A stretch of DNA of 64,000 nt from Squalus acanthias (taxonomy: Eukaryota). A model generated the notes under the pieces. It was not told where the DNA came from. It did not search any database and was given only the letters and a program-made list of their open reading frames with translations. Shown piece after piece: positions 49,165-63,048 of the stretch. Both the position numbers and the translations under genes were made by a program. Every line of letters starts with the position of its first letter. Position 1 is the stretch's first letter. The DNA is taken from contig CM059432.1 of the NCBI GenBank assembly GCA_030390025.1, positions 56,546,001-56,610,000 on the forward strand, in the 5' to 3' direction.

Positions 49165-51056
49165 ATGTATTTATGAATTATTACATTATTAACTCTGAAC
49201 ATGAGGATTTTGTTATGGAAAAAATACTTTTTTGATTGTTATGGGAAATAATAGGCTTACATTCTTAGCTTGTAAGTACATTCATTATTAGGAATATATT
49301 CCAACCTTCTGTGAATATCCCAGCTGTGATCAGAATCTCACATCAGATGACAAGCAGCTGATGTGCTGTTAATACAGTAATTGTCTTCAGCTGGTATCCT
49401 CAGGCTAAAAGCTCAATATATCAAGAGTTAAAGACTGTGGCAGTGATAAATTTGGAGTTTGCTATTGGCATGCTGTGGGTGTTCTGTATATACAACTCAA
49501 CATAATTTGTCACAGGGCTGAGATGCATTAGGAAATATATTATGCCCAACCTAAAAATTATATTCCGACTTGAAGCCGATCAAAAAATATTGTTTATCGT
49601 GGCAGCCACATCTTGCATTGACACTTAGTTGTAGTTCCTGCACATATTTTCCCGAGGGAGTTATACCAACCTTAAGTTTATCTGAGCTGTGTGCGTCTCT
49701 GCTAGTTATGTTACAGTTTCATAAAACTGGGAGGCTGGCAAATTTATTTTATTTGAAATTGGAAAGAAACGTACCAATAAAACATGCTGTGTTTAAAAAA
49801 AAAAATGATGATTGTGTATTTGATTGAAATTAATCAAATACAAATGAACTGGTTGGAAAATTGTATGTAGAGTGTGCTGGAATTTCCAACATGACCTCTT
49901 GCCAGGTCAGCCATCAGTTTGGTGCTGCATTATATATCTAGCGTGTGCATTTGTTCTTGGCTGAGTATACAGGTACGCATGCCTACACCTACATTTAACT
50001 ACACACGGACATAAAATCTCTCTCTCCGCTTCCACTGAACAACCACAATTAATGCACAGGTGCACATACGATATAGGATGCAGCACACAATTTATGACAT
50101 TCACATCTGATTCAATGCTCCAAATTTTGAAGAAAACCCAAGTGTCTACTTGGGGCATAGCGTGTAACTTGAACAATTGGATAGTGTCATTTAATGTACT
50201 TCAATTCCACTGGCCAGTTTATCTCTTTCTTGTTTCAAATACGTATTTTATTGCTTTCGTAGTCTTATTTTGTAAAGTTATTCTAATGTTTTTCTCCCAA
50301 GGAATTCCCCTGATTACAATTGCTTCAGAATGACCTGTAATGTTTTTGTTCTTTTACTGCTGTATCATTTGAAATATAAAGCAATTTGTTTTTCATGATT
50401 CTGTTAACTTCACATTTCCCAATTTATTAAAATTATTTTAAAGTTCCCTCCCTCTGATTTGAGTTGTAGTTTTTCTTGTTGTTCACTGTCCAAAGACTAC
50501 ACACAATTTTCAGAATGAAACAGAGCAGGCATGTCACTTCAATAATATGGCTATAGTCCTCTGATCCAGTTGATGTAACATGAACAAATGGTTCTAAAGT
50601 GACTAATTTTCCCTCCTCCCCTGTGTCTTATGTTCCTCTTCCTTCTATTGGCACAATTGAAAGCAAGAACTTTGAGGAATTGAGCCCCTGTCTTAGCACC
50701 AGCACTTAAGGTGGTATATTTTCTATGCTCTTACTGGCACAGATTGATGTCCCTTCCACGTGTGAGAATTAATTATTGTTAAAATATAACACTGCAGATA
50801 ACTTGTCCAGGAATATGTTACAACTGAGGAGCATAGCTGGCATCTTAAACAATGAAGGAGAGTGGTTTATCTGCTCATTTGAACCCTGAAATGATATTGC
50901 AGCAAATAAAATACTCCCAGCAGCTATTTATTTTGGAATAACATGTGCACACCAGTGAAAAATCTCAGATTTTGACAGTTGTCTGAGTTGCATTTTCCTG
51001 TTTTCCTTTCACTACTTGATTTTGCTAAAGGGCGTTTCTGTCTTTTGCTGATATTA

Positions 51057-51920
51057 GAATCATAGAATGATACAGCACAGAAGGAGACCATTCGGCCCAT
51101 CGGGCCAGTGCCGGCTCATTGGTAGAGCTATCCAATTAGTCCCACTTCCCTGCTCTTTCCCCATAGCTCTGTAATTTTTTTCCCTTTAAGTATTTATCCA
51201 ATTCCCTTTTGAAAGTTACTATTGAATCTGCTTCCACCACCCTTTCAAGCAGTGCATTCCAGATCACAACAACTCGTTGCTTAAAAAAATGTTTCCTTAT
51301 GTAGCCTCTAGTTCTTTTGCCAATCACCTTAAATCTGTCTCCTCTGGTTAGCGACCCTTCTGCCACTGGGAACAGTTTTTCCTTATTTACTATATCAAAA
51401 CCGTTGATAATTTTAAACACCTCTATCAAATCTCCTCTTAACTTTTTCTGCTCTAAGGAGAACAACCCCATCTTCTGCGGTCTCTCTTCTCTGGTACCAT
51501 TCTAGTAAACCTCTTTTGCACTCTCTCTGAGGCCTTGACATCCTTTATAAAGTGTGGTGCCCAGAATTGAACACAATACTCCAGCTGAGGCCTAACCAGT
51601 GTTTTTTAAAGGTTTAGCATAACTTCCTTACTTTTGTACTCTGCCTCAATTAGTAAAGCCAACAGTCCCATATACTTTTTTAACAGCCTTCTCAACTTGG
51701 CCTGCCACCTTCAAAGATTTGTGTACATACACACCCAGGTCTCTCTGTTCCTGCACTCCCTTTAACATTGTACCATTGGCCTTTCCTCACTCTTCTACCA
51801 GAATGTATCACTGCATTAAATTTCATCTGCCATGTGTCTGCCCATTTCACCAGTCTGTCTATATCCTCCTGAAGTCTGTTACTAACCTCCTCATTGTTTA
51901 CTACATTTTTGAGTTTTGTG
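51057..51920 (-). mobile_element. CR1 3' portion
   Basis: ORF 51136..51471; tail cattctatgattcta. Confidence 0.92.
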
Positions 51921-52204
51921 TCATTGATGTGGCTTATTTTCTATTAGAAGTCTTGTCCAATGATGAATAGAGGAGACTGATACAAATGCTGAAATAAGAA
52001 ACCTCTCTGTCATAATTGCAAAACCAGAATGAGCACAGATGTATGGAAATTTTTTCCAGCCTGTTGTAAGAATATGTTTTTTTTTGTATATTTCAGATAG
52101 TATAAAAGGTACTTGGGGGGAAAAAGTTAGAAGGCTATGGTTCAACTGAGTGTTTAATAATGTTTGCTATGACAGTAAACTTTGAGTAAAGGAAGGCCTC
52201 TGAG

Positions 52205-52455
52205 AAGACAGAAAATGCTGGAAATACTCAGCAGGTCAGGCTGCTAACTCCTCTTCCCTCTGTGAGCAGATACTGGAAATCTGAAATAAAAGCAGAACAT
52301 GCTGGAAATACTCAGCAGGTTAGGCAGCAGCCGTGGAGAGAGAGAAACAGAGTTCACGTCTCAGGTCGCAATGCTGCCTGACCTGAGTATTTCCAGCATG
52401 TTCTGCTCTTATTTCAGATTTCCAGTTTCCGCTCAGAGGGAAGAGGAGTTTGCAG
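52205..52455. mobile_element. Penelope-like terminal-repeat fragments forming an inverted repeat
   Basis: aaatgctggaaatactcagcaggtcaggcagc-type unit in 3 copies (2 direct, 1 inverted); family assignment from recall of such repeats. Confidence 0.6.
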
Positions 52456-53933
52456 AAGAGGAGTTTGCAGAAGAGGAGTTTGCAGAAGAGGAGTACGCGG
52501 GAGGAAGGATGCAACCCAGACAGCCCCTTTCTAACCGGGATATCCGGGATGGAATCATTGCCTGCGGTACCAGTGACCGCAACCCCAATTCCCCTTTCAA
52601 CATTTGTCCCACACCTTCCCTTCCCTCTGTTACTGACCATCATAGCGTCCTCTTGGCCACAATGCTGAAATTAAAGCCACCACAAAGCAAACTTTCCAAT
52701 CCAACTTTATATACATCTATCCATTCAATATCACCCTTATACATTCCCTTAGTGACTGTCTTTTGTGTGCCTTTGCCTATCCTACTGATGTCACGCAGTG
52801 CTACCCCAGTGGCTGCAGCATGACTGGTGGAAGTCTGTTGACTTTCAGTGGGGGACACTGCAAAAGGCCCTACAGGTCGACCTTGAGGAGCTGGTGGCTG
52901 GGAGTGTCAAATCGAGTGACGGAGTTTCTTCTTCTTCAATCTCCACTCTTCTTGGTCAACCACTGGCTGGAAAGGCTGCATTTCTTGGGTGTGTGAAATG
53001 ATGAAGGCACAAAGGTGGAGTTATGGTGAGGGGAGGGTGGGAAAGCTAGAGGTGCATGCGAGAAAGAGCATAACATATGAGGATACCAGCATGTTGTATC
53101 CTTTCAGCCCTGCCGCTGGCCAAGGGCTCAGCCATGCCCCTGCCAAGAATAGCCAGTACCGTCTCCTCCAAGGGGGTGAGGTTGAAACTAGGAATGGTGT
53201 TTGGTACAGATTGTGGGTGGTGGGGGGAGAGGTTGTGCATTGAGTAGTGTGCGAGGCTAGTGGTGCAGTTGGTAGGAGATGGCTTTTGAAGATGCATTTA
53301 CTGACCTTTACCACTGTTCTGAAGTCATGAAGCTTCTTTGGGCACTGGAGCCAGGACATGGGTGCAGCAGTGGCAGCCTCAGTGATCTGGTCCCACATCG
53401 TTCTTTCTGGAGGGCCTCCTGGCCCCTGTGGGTAGAGAACCTCTCTTGCAATGTTGACCCCCTGCACAAAGCTGGAGTGCTGCGTACAAGACCCTTGGTG
53501 CCCTTCCCTGGCTTGCTGAACTGTTTGCTGAAGCACTTTTCCCATTTTTTTTTTAGGTGCAGAAGGCAATTCAGCTTTAAGAGCTGAAGATGCCATTTGG
53601 GAATTATTTTTAACGTTAATTTTTTTTTCAGAAGGCAGTTGAGCTCTTAGGGCTATAAACTGCCGATTTTTATCTGATTTTTATTTTTTTCATTTTAGAA
53701 GGCAGTTCCCCTTTAAGGAACCGACACTGCTTTCTAAAATGACAGCCTTGCTTTAAGAGAAGAATGACGCTACGGCCATGCTACATTGGGATTCCTGCTG
53801 TGACTACCATCAGGAGAACCAGCCTTGCACAGTGAGTTTAGCGCTGGGCTAATGTTAATTAACAACCAGCACCATTAATTTTGGTGGCCGTGGTGGCACT
53901 GGCAGGTTTTTAGCACTCTCCAATTTTTAGCCC
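52435..53933. mobile_element. Decayed Harbinger derivative: transposase C-terminal tail (+) and Myb-like gene (-)
   Basis: Minus strand REVLYP...W...SWLQCPKKLHDF..VK|gtcagt; LTPLEETVL; right TIR aatttttagccc at 53922-53933. Confidence 0.75.
52440..52494 (+). repeat. 15-bp tandem repeat (gaagaggagtttgca), about 3.7 copies
   Basis: Perfect units at 52440, 52455 and 52470, plus a partial unit. Confidence 0.95.
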
Positions 53934-54429
53934 AGAGTTCCTATTTGTCAGATATGGAGTACACACTTTCTCACTGTCGGAACGCATCCCACTTTACCCA
54001 AGCCTGGAGAGCTTCTCCGGAGGTTTGGATGAACCAAGGCTTGGGTATTTTGTGACCAGTAAGATTCCGATTGCTTGTCCAGCAGGACCACCCTACCTAT
54101 CTGGGCACTCAGTTGGAGAGTTATCTGGCACTTAGTGGGAATAATCCCTACCTCCAGTGACCAATCTACTCTTGCAGGTCCCATTAATGAGCCAGAGTGG
54201 CTGATTATTGATCAACATTGCCATGGAGCACTGCAGACCTGTTTAGCTTGTATATGTGTCAGAGATTTGATACTGATCTTTGATTGCCAGATGTGTCACC
54301 TTGGAGCCACCTCAACCCCAAAGAAACCTCCCCTCCAAAGGAGGACAAAATAACAGTTTCAGGAGATGTTTTTAGAATATAGTATTCAAATGGAAATAAA
54401 TGTAATATTTAATGTAAAGCTACTATCCA

Positions 54430-55095
54430 GCTTTCCTCCCTAACTCTATTTCTGACATTGTTGATGGTTTCCTCTCCTTAGGCACCATCGTTCTACCCTT
54501 CAAAATGGCTGTTTTCAATCCGCCCTTCTCAAAAAAACAACCTTGATTCCTCTGTCGACATTTACCATCTCACTTTCTTCTGCAAGGTCCTTGAATGGAT
54601 TGTCACCTCCCAACTTCATGCCCATCTGTTCCAGAACTCCATGCCTGAATCCCTTCAGTCTGGCCTTTGCTGCGACCTTGACCTCTCTTTAGCGTTCAAT
54701 GTTGACCATGCCATGCTCCTGCAACCCTCTCCTCCATCAGCCAGCTTTGTGGGATTGCATTCTCCTGGTTCCATTTCTACATCTCCGAAATTAATCAGCG
54801 CATTTCCAACAATGGCTTCGCTTCCCTCACTGTATCGTTATCTCCGGAGTCCCCCAAGAATTTTGCCTTGACTGCTTCTCTTCCTCATCTCTTTGTTGTC
54901 TCTCAGTGACGGGCATGAAGTCGGCTTTCACATTTATGTGCCTCGATTATCTCTTGATTTGGCTGCTTCAATGCTCTTCTCGCTGCTCTCCCTTCCTCCA
55001 CCATCTATAAACTCCAAACCTGTGGAAAACGTTGCTGCATGCATCCTGCCCTGCACTAAATCCTGTTAGCCCATTACCCTGTCCTCCCTGACTTG
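54430..55095 (+). mobile_element. Heavily deleted L2 RT remnant
   Basis: Degenerate LDLSxAFxVDH, GVPQ and FHIY motifs. Confidence 0.65.
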
Positions 55096-55439
55096 GATCA
55101 CACAGATCTAATCACGCAGTATCATGTCATTACTTCTGCACACGAATATCAAATATCCGTGCAAAAAATGACTTGTTATATTCACCAAAATCATGTTGCC
55201 AATAACTTTGTCATCAGTTGCTTAGCCCTTTTAAAAGTGGGCATTCTGGGAACTGGGTCACTGTGGATGCACATAAAACAGCTTTTGTTTTCATGATAAA
55301 TCTTATCATCTGTTCTACAATCAATTTCAAATTAGTTTTGCCAGGTGTTATTTATGAGCCAGGGCACCATCACAGCTAAGAGTAGGACTTGCAAGTTTCT
55401 CTTCCAAGGATCACCATTCTCCCTTTCCCAGGGTTCAAT

Positions 55440-56100
55440 AACAACCACTTGCACTTGTAAAGTATCTTAATATAGTGAAGCATCCCAAAGAACTTCACAA
55501 GGGGGTAGGGCTTGGACACCAAAGAGAAGTTAGTGACTCAGGGTGTGGATGTCCAGTCAAGGCTTCTAAAAAGGGGGAAAGATGTAGCAGAGCAGATTGA
55601 TTCTTCTAGAGTACAGGGCATGATAGTTGAACGTTACTGTACTGCTGATGAAGTGGGGTGCACAGCAGACCAGAGTCATAAGAATGGAGGTGTGGATTAG
55701 GGAATAGAACTGGGGAATGCTGCAGAAGTAGAGTGGTGCAGGGCAGTGGAATGATTTGCAAATGGGTCTAGTATATAGGTGGCGGATTCCAGATGGGTTG
55801 GAGTTTGTGTAGGAATGGGGGCAGGCCAATGAGGAGAACATTGGGGGAGTCCATTCTGGAGATGACAAAGGTGTGGCTGACAGTTTCAGTGGTGGTCTGG
55901 GTGATGTTGATGTGGAGATTGGCAATTTTAGAGGTTAGCGACGAGATGTTAGGTTTGAAATACAGCCTAGGGTTGAACAGGTTGTGCATGGTTGCGTTCA
56001 TCTTCAGTGAACAGCTGGAGAGGGGGTTGGAATCTGAAACTAGGTTGTGGAATTTTTGGTGGGAGCTGAGCAAGATGGCTTTAGAATTGTTTGAATTCAT
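55440..56100 (-). mobile_element. L2 3' remnant
   Basis: TETVSHTFVISRMDSPNVLLIGLP...LHKLQ; L2-type tail near 55445-55500. Confidence 0.7.
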
Positions 56101-57699
56101 TCCCACCATTCTCCCTGGATTAAAATCACAGAGTTGTGAAAACTGCTAATTTATAACCCTCAGAAAAGAAGAAACTTTTAGTTAGAATTTTTAGCCTTTA
56201 CCTTTTTAAATACTTTGTGGAATTTCACTGGACTGATGTAAGTTATTACATATGTTTTTAAGCATAAATAATTTTTGGTGATTGTTTTTTAAAAATCTTT
56301 CTGGATTGTAGGGGTATTTTCTTGCTACAAAGCAAAATGCTTATCTGCAATGCAGTAGTTTTGTTCACAATGGTACCTTCATGATGATTTCAACATTGAA
56401 ATGGGAGGAACTTCAGTTGTGAATATTTACAGTGGCATACTCATTGTCCGCTAGATCCAATCCGAGCTCTTTTATAAAAAAAAAAAGTGTCCAGCAAACA
56501 TTGATACAGAGTACCATTTCACGAACGGGTTTATCATTCCTGTTCGATTTGCTTTTTGTGGAGGTTAAATAAGTTTAGTCAGATCCTTTTAGTTGCTAGC
56601 TATAGAATTCCATTATATGACCAGAAATTAAAAGTCTTATTTTTAAATAATTGAAACCACCATGTAATTTTGTAATGTTGCACAGATCAACTCCTGTTAA
56701 TAAAAGGCTGCAGTGTACAGTAAAATACTTATGAGATCTGAATTAAAATTTAGGGATGGAAGTCTTTTTTGTTTGGCTGTCAAGGTATTTGATTACAAAG
56801 AAATCCAGTTGAAGTGGATGGGAGCACACAGCAAAAATGTCCACAATTCGGCACAAGTTGTCAATCTCGGTCTGCATTGATGACAGATGCACGAAAGGGA
56901 AAACGTCACAGTCGTGCAGGATGGTTGGGGTTAAGGCATAGTTTGAGCAGGGTACAACATGCTTTATTATTCATCTAGCCCATGATATGCCTAACTCAGA
57001 AGTACTTGATGCTCACACTGGATGCCCAATGTTGGAATTTGTTTGTTCCTCAAAAAGGTGAGCATAATAGTTCTGCAATAAAATTCTAGGTTACTCAAAT
57101 CTTTGTACCGTTGAAAAAGGAATCAATTGAATTGTATTTGTTTGCAAAGACATCCAGTGGCAGCAAGCTACAAATCTAAGCAGTGTAATTACAAAAAGCC
57201 ATGATGCAGTGGAGAATTTATAACCTTTACTTGTACAGATACTTGCTAAAGAGGCTGGTAATAAAGTGCAAATTAAAGGATAGGAAGAGATCTGTTTGGC
57301 ATTATACGGGATCAGAAATAGACATTCAGTGAGCTCCCACCTGGAGCTGGGCTGCTGTTTAATTTTCCATCAATTAGTTCTTCCCTTTTCCCTCTTTATA
57401 GTCTTTAAATAGCATCAAGATTTGCTTCACATACACCAGATAATCCTGAAACCAGATGCAGTTCTGATTGCCATGGTAACTGCCAGCAAGAATTATTTAT
57501 AGAATTTCTTGCATCTATTTGGTGTATGTGGATTTTTTCCTGTTAATTAGCAAACGGCAGAATATGGAGTGAGTCAAAGTATTGCATTGTAAACTTTTTA
57601 CATCTCTTCACAAATTACAAAACTGTCCCAGTAATTTATGAAACCTCAGTATAGAAGACAGAAAAAAAATCACAAAATCACTGGATAGATACTGATAGG

Positions 57700-58130
57700 A
57701 AAAGCCATTAATCCATCCTACCTCATCCATCCAGAAAAAAGCTACAGTCTCACCTGCAGCTACCTAATCATTTCAGCCAGCTGTTTCTTAAATGATGCCA
57801 GGATTTTTGCCTTCACTATGCCACCCAGAAGTCCATTATATGTATTGATTGCTCCTTTTTTGAAGAACTTGTTGACAGTCCTAAATTTCCTTTTCACTGA
57901 ATGGAACTTCTGCGCCTGCCACGTTTCAGCTTGAAGTTGTGTTCCAGGTTTACCTTTTCTATATCTTGTACTATCTGTTTTTACCTCTGAGGTCCCTCTT
58001 AGTCATTTTCTTTCAAAGCTGAATAGCCTGTTTTTTTTCCAGAATTTCCTCATAACTCAGTTCTGTCACTAGGGATCAACCTCGTGGCTCTTCTTGCACC
58101 ATCTCCAGAGCTTAAATGTCTCTCTTGTGG
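57700..58130 (-). mobile_element. Ancient CR1 3' remnant
   Basis: Degenerate LIPS...YEE...RLFSFE...LRG and FKKQL segments on the minus strand. Confidence 0.5.
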
Positions 58131-59570
58131 CTTGATGGTTGTTGTGATCACTAACTATGTTTTTCCTTCGAAGCATTGTGCCTACAATATTTATGAGGAC
58201 ATGTATTCTACTACAGTCCAATAACTTAAGTTATAATAAAATATCTTTGTTTTACCATCCTGTGAATCATGTGACGTATGCAATGAGTACATATCACTAA
58301 AGTCTTCAATCAAAGCAGCTTCAGCTCTAATTTTAACTGTCGACACAATTTTAGATGATCTGTCTGCTATATAGAGTTATTAAAACAGTAAATGATAATG
58401 CAGTAATTTAATTGAAAGGTTCAGAAACAAAGCATAATGCTTTCATGCTTTATTTGTATTTAACACTACACATGTGATTGCAGCCTTGAAATCACTATTG
58501 GATATAATACTGTTTTATAATATTTACTGTGAAACTCATTGTTTTGGGATAATAGTTTTGCTGGTAATAGCTGATATTGCCAACACAAACCTGAATTTGC
58601 TGCAAACTTGTGTCATAGCAATGACTTAAGAATGGTGTGGACCATTGATATGTAAAAGTTCGAGGAAATAATGGAATAAGTGAGTGATGCCATGGGTTGC
58701 GTTGTACCATTGTTTGCTGGCACATTTGTGCCACTCCGCCGTTGGCCTCACCAAAACCGATAAAAGTCCATTCTCGCTGCTCAATGCTTATAGTCAATGG
58801 CGATCGCCAATATTCTGGATTCACGCCATTATTCGCACTGCAGCCAGATAGACTGAAATAATGGTGTGGGTGACCTGGTAATCATGTGATGTTTGGCCAA
58901 CACATGACTCTCAGCCTGGGAAGCCAACAAAGGGACCATTACAACTGTAGAGCCTCAACCCAGCGGTCTGGAAACTGCTCCAAGAGTGTTTTTTTCCTAA
59001 ATCTCTCATTTTCGGCAGTTTATTCTTGCCGTCTTTGCCATCCAGATTCCTGTTCATTTCTGAAGGTAATTACTTTCAGGGCGCCCACCTATTTCTATGT
59101 GTAAGGAAGGTGAAAGCATTGTAATGGCCTATCCACTGGCCATTCTCCTGTTCTTACTATTGGACACGTTTATAACCTTTGTGGTGATGGGGCAATTAGC
59201 CATTGGCTGGCTATCTGGTGAGTGTGAACATCTCCTTGTTCTGATTTACTGAGGATCTTGGCTTTTCAGAATTCCAGTGTTATCACTTCAGGTTTTCCCA
59301 GAACTCAGTAGTGTGCAGAGTTTTCAAATAATTCAGTAATACATTTTGAGGAGCACATGTCTGCAAATGAGAAATTTTATTTGAGATGGAACTTCCCCAT
59401 AGCCTGTGTAGCACTGCAGTGAGAAGCAGATAACTGAAAAAGCAAATGCATGCCATTCTTGTACCCAATTCTGGCAGCTTTGGACTGCAGAATCATCAAT
59501 AAAAAAAAACTATTTAAATTGTACCTGGGTGCCCTCCCTCAGAAATCTATCTCCAACCTTCACTCATTAA

Positions 59571-61324
59571 GGGCTGGATTTTCCCAGCGGAGGCAGGTTC
59601 GCGGCGGGAGAGCTGGTTGGCAGGTTCCGGTTCCGCTCCCGGCTGCAGCCGCTCTGTCAAACGGATTTTCCATTAATAGGGCTTGTTAAACCCGCCCTGC
59701 GGGATTCCCGGCCAATTAAATGGAAGCGGGTCTGATGATGTCATTTGATGACGCGTCATCAGCCAGTTTCCTTAAAGGGACCATGGCCACATTCATTTTG
59801 ACAGTTGTGCTCTCAGTGTTCTGCAGCATTGAAGTGCTGCAAACACTGACAAGCACTGCAAAAAGGTGCACGGCTGCACCCAGGCTCTCGCATGACTCCC
59901 TCCATATGCTTATGGAGGGAGTCACCACACGCAGAGAGATTCTCTTCCCTTCCCATGGGCAGTAGAGACCTCCCCAGGACACCAACGGAGCCTGGTTGCA
60001 CATTGCACAGCAGGGCACAAGCAGGGATGTCGTCAGGAGTACCTGGCTGCAGTGGCGCAAACCTTTCAATGATCTTAGTAGATCACAAAACTTTACTGCA
60101 AAACCACACTCAACCTCATCCTGCTGTGCCACTCATCACATCCCCATAACTCTGCCTTCCCTACCCTACACCTGCACATCCTTACTCACACCAACTTGCC
60201 TTGCACCTCCACCCATCCCTCTATCTACATTATCACTTCCCCTTCTCACTAGCCACCCCTCACACTCACCCTCATCCTAGTCCAATCATTCCAACTAACA
60301 CACAAGGGTAGGCACTTGGGTGTCTTATGCAATGTTCATGTAAATTTTCTGTTAATGTGTTGTCAAACATTGAAATCTTTATTTTCAATACTTTTGCCAT
60401 ATCGTACAGATCTGTGCTCACCTTTGGAAGTGTCTTAGTGAGTTGCAATGAATAGTGAGACATAACGGTACCCCCCAGAATGGTGATGAGTGTGAAAGGA
60501 ACGGCTTGGTCATTGTAGGAATGCTTTATGGTGATGGTGTGGGGTGGTGGTAACCTGCCGCATCATGTGGCAGCCAGGGTGTACAGCGTCAAGTGAAGTA
60601 AATCTGACCATGGTGATGCCATCGCTCGGGTGCTGGTGCCTTGTGTCATGTGCAGCATCAGGTGATTGCGGAGAAGGTTGGTGTTGTTATTGGTGATGAT
60701 GGTGTGCCTGGTGATGTTGGTGTTGGGGCTGATCGTGGAGGGATTCAGAGGACCAAGGTGGGATTTTTTCAAGGCCACCGATGTTGCTGGAATACATAGC
60801 AGCTGAAGTTGATATGACAGTAGCGATCTGTCAGTGGTGGGAGAGCTTGCTCCAAGCAGATGACAGTGGATAGAGAGTTTACTCCAAACACTTCCAAACT
60901 GCATACAGCTCAAAAGTGTCTTCCAGGTCCTGAAGGCTCAAGCTTCTGACATTGGAAAGTGACCAGCTGTGAAATGGTAGCTTTCATACCACTTTTGCAG
61001 CTGTCACCTATTCACAGCAATGGGGAGACATAGAGAACCTGACCTACTTACCTGACGTGAACTCCAAATGACGGGAACCCCGTTAAAAATGTGGAAAAAT
61101 AGAAAAAGGCTGGCAAAATAGTAGTTAACAAGCACTTAACAAGCAGTTAACTATCTTAAATGCCTCACCCGCCGCTTGGTGTTGGGTCTGTTCTGAAATC
61201 GCAGACCTGACACTTTGGAAACTTACATGGAGGCGGGTTCGCGGCGGGTTCCCAACCTGCTGTCAATCATTTCGAATTTAACAGCTGACCCACCTCCGAA
61301 CCCACCCACTGAGCGCCGGCAAAG
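59571..61324. mobile_element. Harbinger derivative: Myb exon (+, ~59860-60085) and probable transposase N-terminus (-); right TIR lost
   Basis: TAA|GGGCTGGATTTT left end; APRLSHDSLHMLMEGV...REILFP...AW...TWLQWRKPFNDL with one stop. Confidence 0.78.
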
Positions 61325-63048
61325 TACTGTGGCGGGGGGGGGGGGGGGTTTAAACTAACTTGGCAGGGGGATGGGATACGGAGTGGAGCAATAGTAGGGG
61401 GTGATGCACAGCCAAATATAGAGGAAAAAACAAGTCAGCCTGGAAGGCAGAGCAAATATGCAATGGCACAAGGGAGTATGGCAAGGCTGGATGGCATTTA
61501 TTTTAATGCAAGGAGTCTTGCAAGTAAGGCAGATGAATTGAAGGTGTTGATGAACACATGGGAGTATGATATTGTTGCTATCACAGAGACATGGTTGAGG
61601 GAGGGGCAGGACTGGCAGCTCAATATTCCGGGGTATAGAATCTTCAGGTGAGACAGAGGGGGTGTAAAAGAGGAGGGGGTGTCGCAATATTAATCAAGGA
61701 GTCAATTACTGCTGTAAGGAGGGGTGATATCTTAGCAAGTTCCTCTAATGAGGCCATATGGGGAGAACTTAAACAAAAAGGGGGCAAGCACTTTGCTGGG
61801 AGTGTACTATAGGCCCCCAAACAGTCAGGGGGAGTTGGGGGAACAGATACGTAGGCAAATCTCTAAGTGTAGAAATAATAGGGTAATAATAGTAGGGGAT
61901 TTCAACTTCCCCAATATTAACTGGGATAGTCAGAGTGTGAAAGGCTTAGAGGGTGCGGCATTCTTAAAGTGCATTCAGGAGAGCTTTTTGAGCCAGCATG
62001 TAAAAAGTCCTACAAGAGAGGGGCGGTACTGGACCTAATTCTAGGGAATGTAGCCGGGCAAGTGGTAGAAGTGTCAGTAGGAGAGCATTTTGGTGACAGT
62101 GACCATAATTCGGTGAGATTTAAGGTAGTCATGGAAAAGGACAAAGATGGACCGGAAATAAAGGATCTAAATTGGGGGAAGGCCGATTTTAATATGATAA
62201 GGCAGGATCTGGCCAAAATGGACTGGGATCAGCTACTTGTGGGAAAATCCACATCAGAGCAGTGGGAGTCTTTCAAAAAGGAAATAGAGAGAGTACAACG
62301 CCAACATGTTCCCGTAAAGGTCAAGGGTGGGACCAACAAGCCCAGGGAACCCTGGATGTCAAGGGATATACAAGAATGGATTAGGAAAAAAAGGGAGGCT
62401 TTTGGCAGATACAAAGGACTAAAAACAGTGGAAGCCCCAGAGGAGTATAGAAAGTGCAGGGAGGGGTACTTAAAAAAGAAATTAGGAGAGCAAAGAGGGG
62501 GCATGAAAAAACACTGGCGAGCAAAATAAAGGAAAATCCCAAGGTGTTTTATAAGTATATTAAGGGCAAGAGGATAACCAGGGAAAGAGTGGGCCGATTA
62601 GGGACCAAAGCGGCAATCTGTGTGTAGAGCCGGAAGATGTAGGTGAGGTTTTAAATGAATATTTTGCATCTGTGTTCACTATGGAGAAGGGTGATGTAGG
62701 CATAGAAATCGAGCAGGGGGATTGTGATATACTTGAACAAATTATTATTGAGAGGGAGGAGGTACTAGCGGTTTTAGCGAGCTTAAAAGTGGATAAATCC
62801 CCAGGCCCTGATGGGATGTATCCCAGGCTGCTGTGTGAGGCAAGGGAGGAGATTGCAGGGGCTCTGACACATTTTCAGAACCTCTCTGGCCACAGGGGAG
62901 GTGCCAGAGGACTGGAGAACAGCTAACGTAGTACCATTGTTCAAGAAGGGTAGTAGGGATAAACCAGGGAATTACAGGCCAGTGAGCCTAACATCAGTGG
63001 TAGGGAAATTATTGGAAAAAATTCTGAGGGACAGAATTAGTCTCCACA
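61325..63048 (+). mobile_element. CR1 (end of ORF1, EN to start of RT), 3' part missing
   Basis: YFNARSL, ITETWL, YRPPNS, GDFNFP, SDHN, NYRPVSLTSVVGK. Confidence 0.92.

Noticed and set aside
52330..52375. Hammerhead ribozyme in the Penelope-like repeat
   Set aside because: The CUGAUGA...GAAA core is not present in this copy.
52299..52823. 174-aa ORF with (EEEFA)n, or a CRISPR-like array
   Set aside because: Chimeric read-through of two repeats; the 15-bp units are contiguous with no spacers and there are no cas genes.
59080..59100. 21-nt + strand micro-exon (cag|GGCGCC...TGT|gtaagg)
   Set aside because: Sits at what looks like the end of a decayed MITE-like segment; no independent support.
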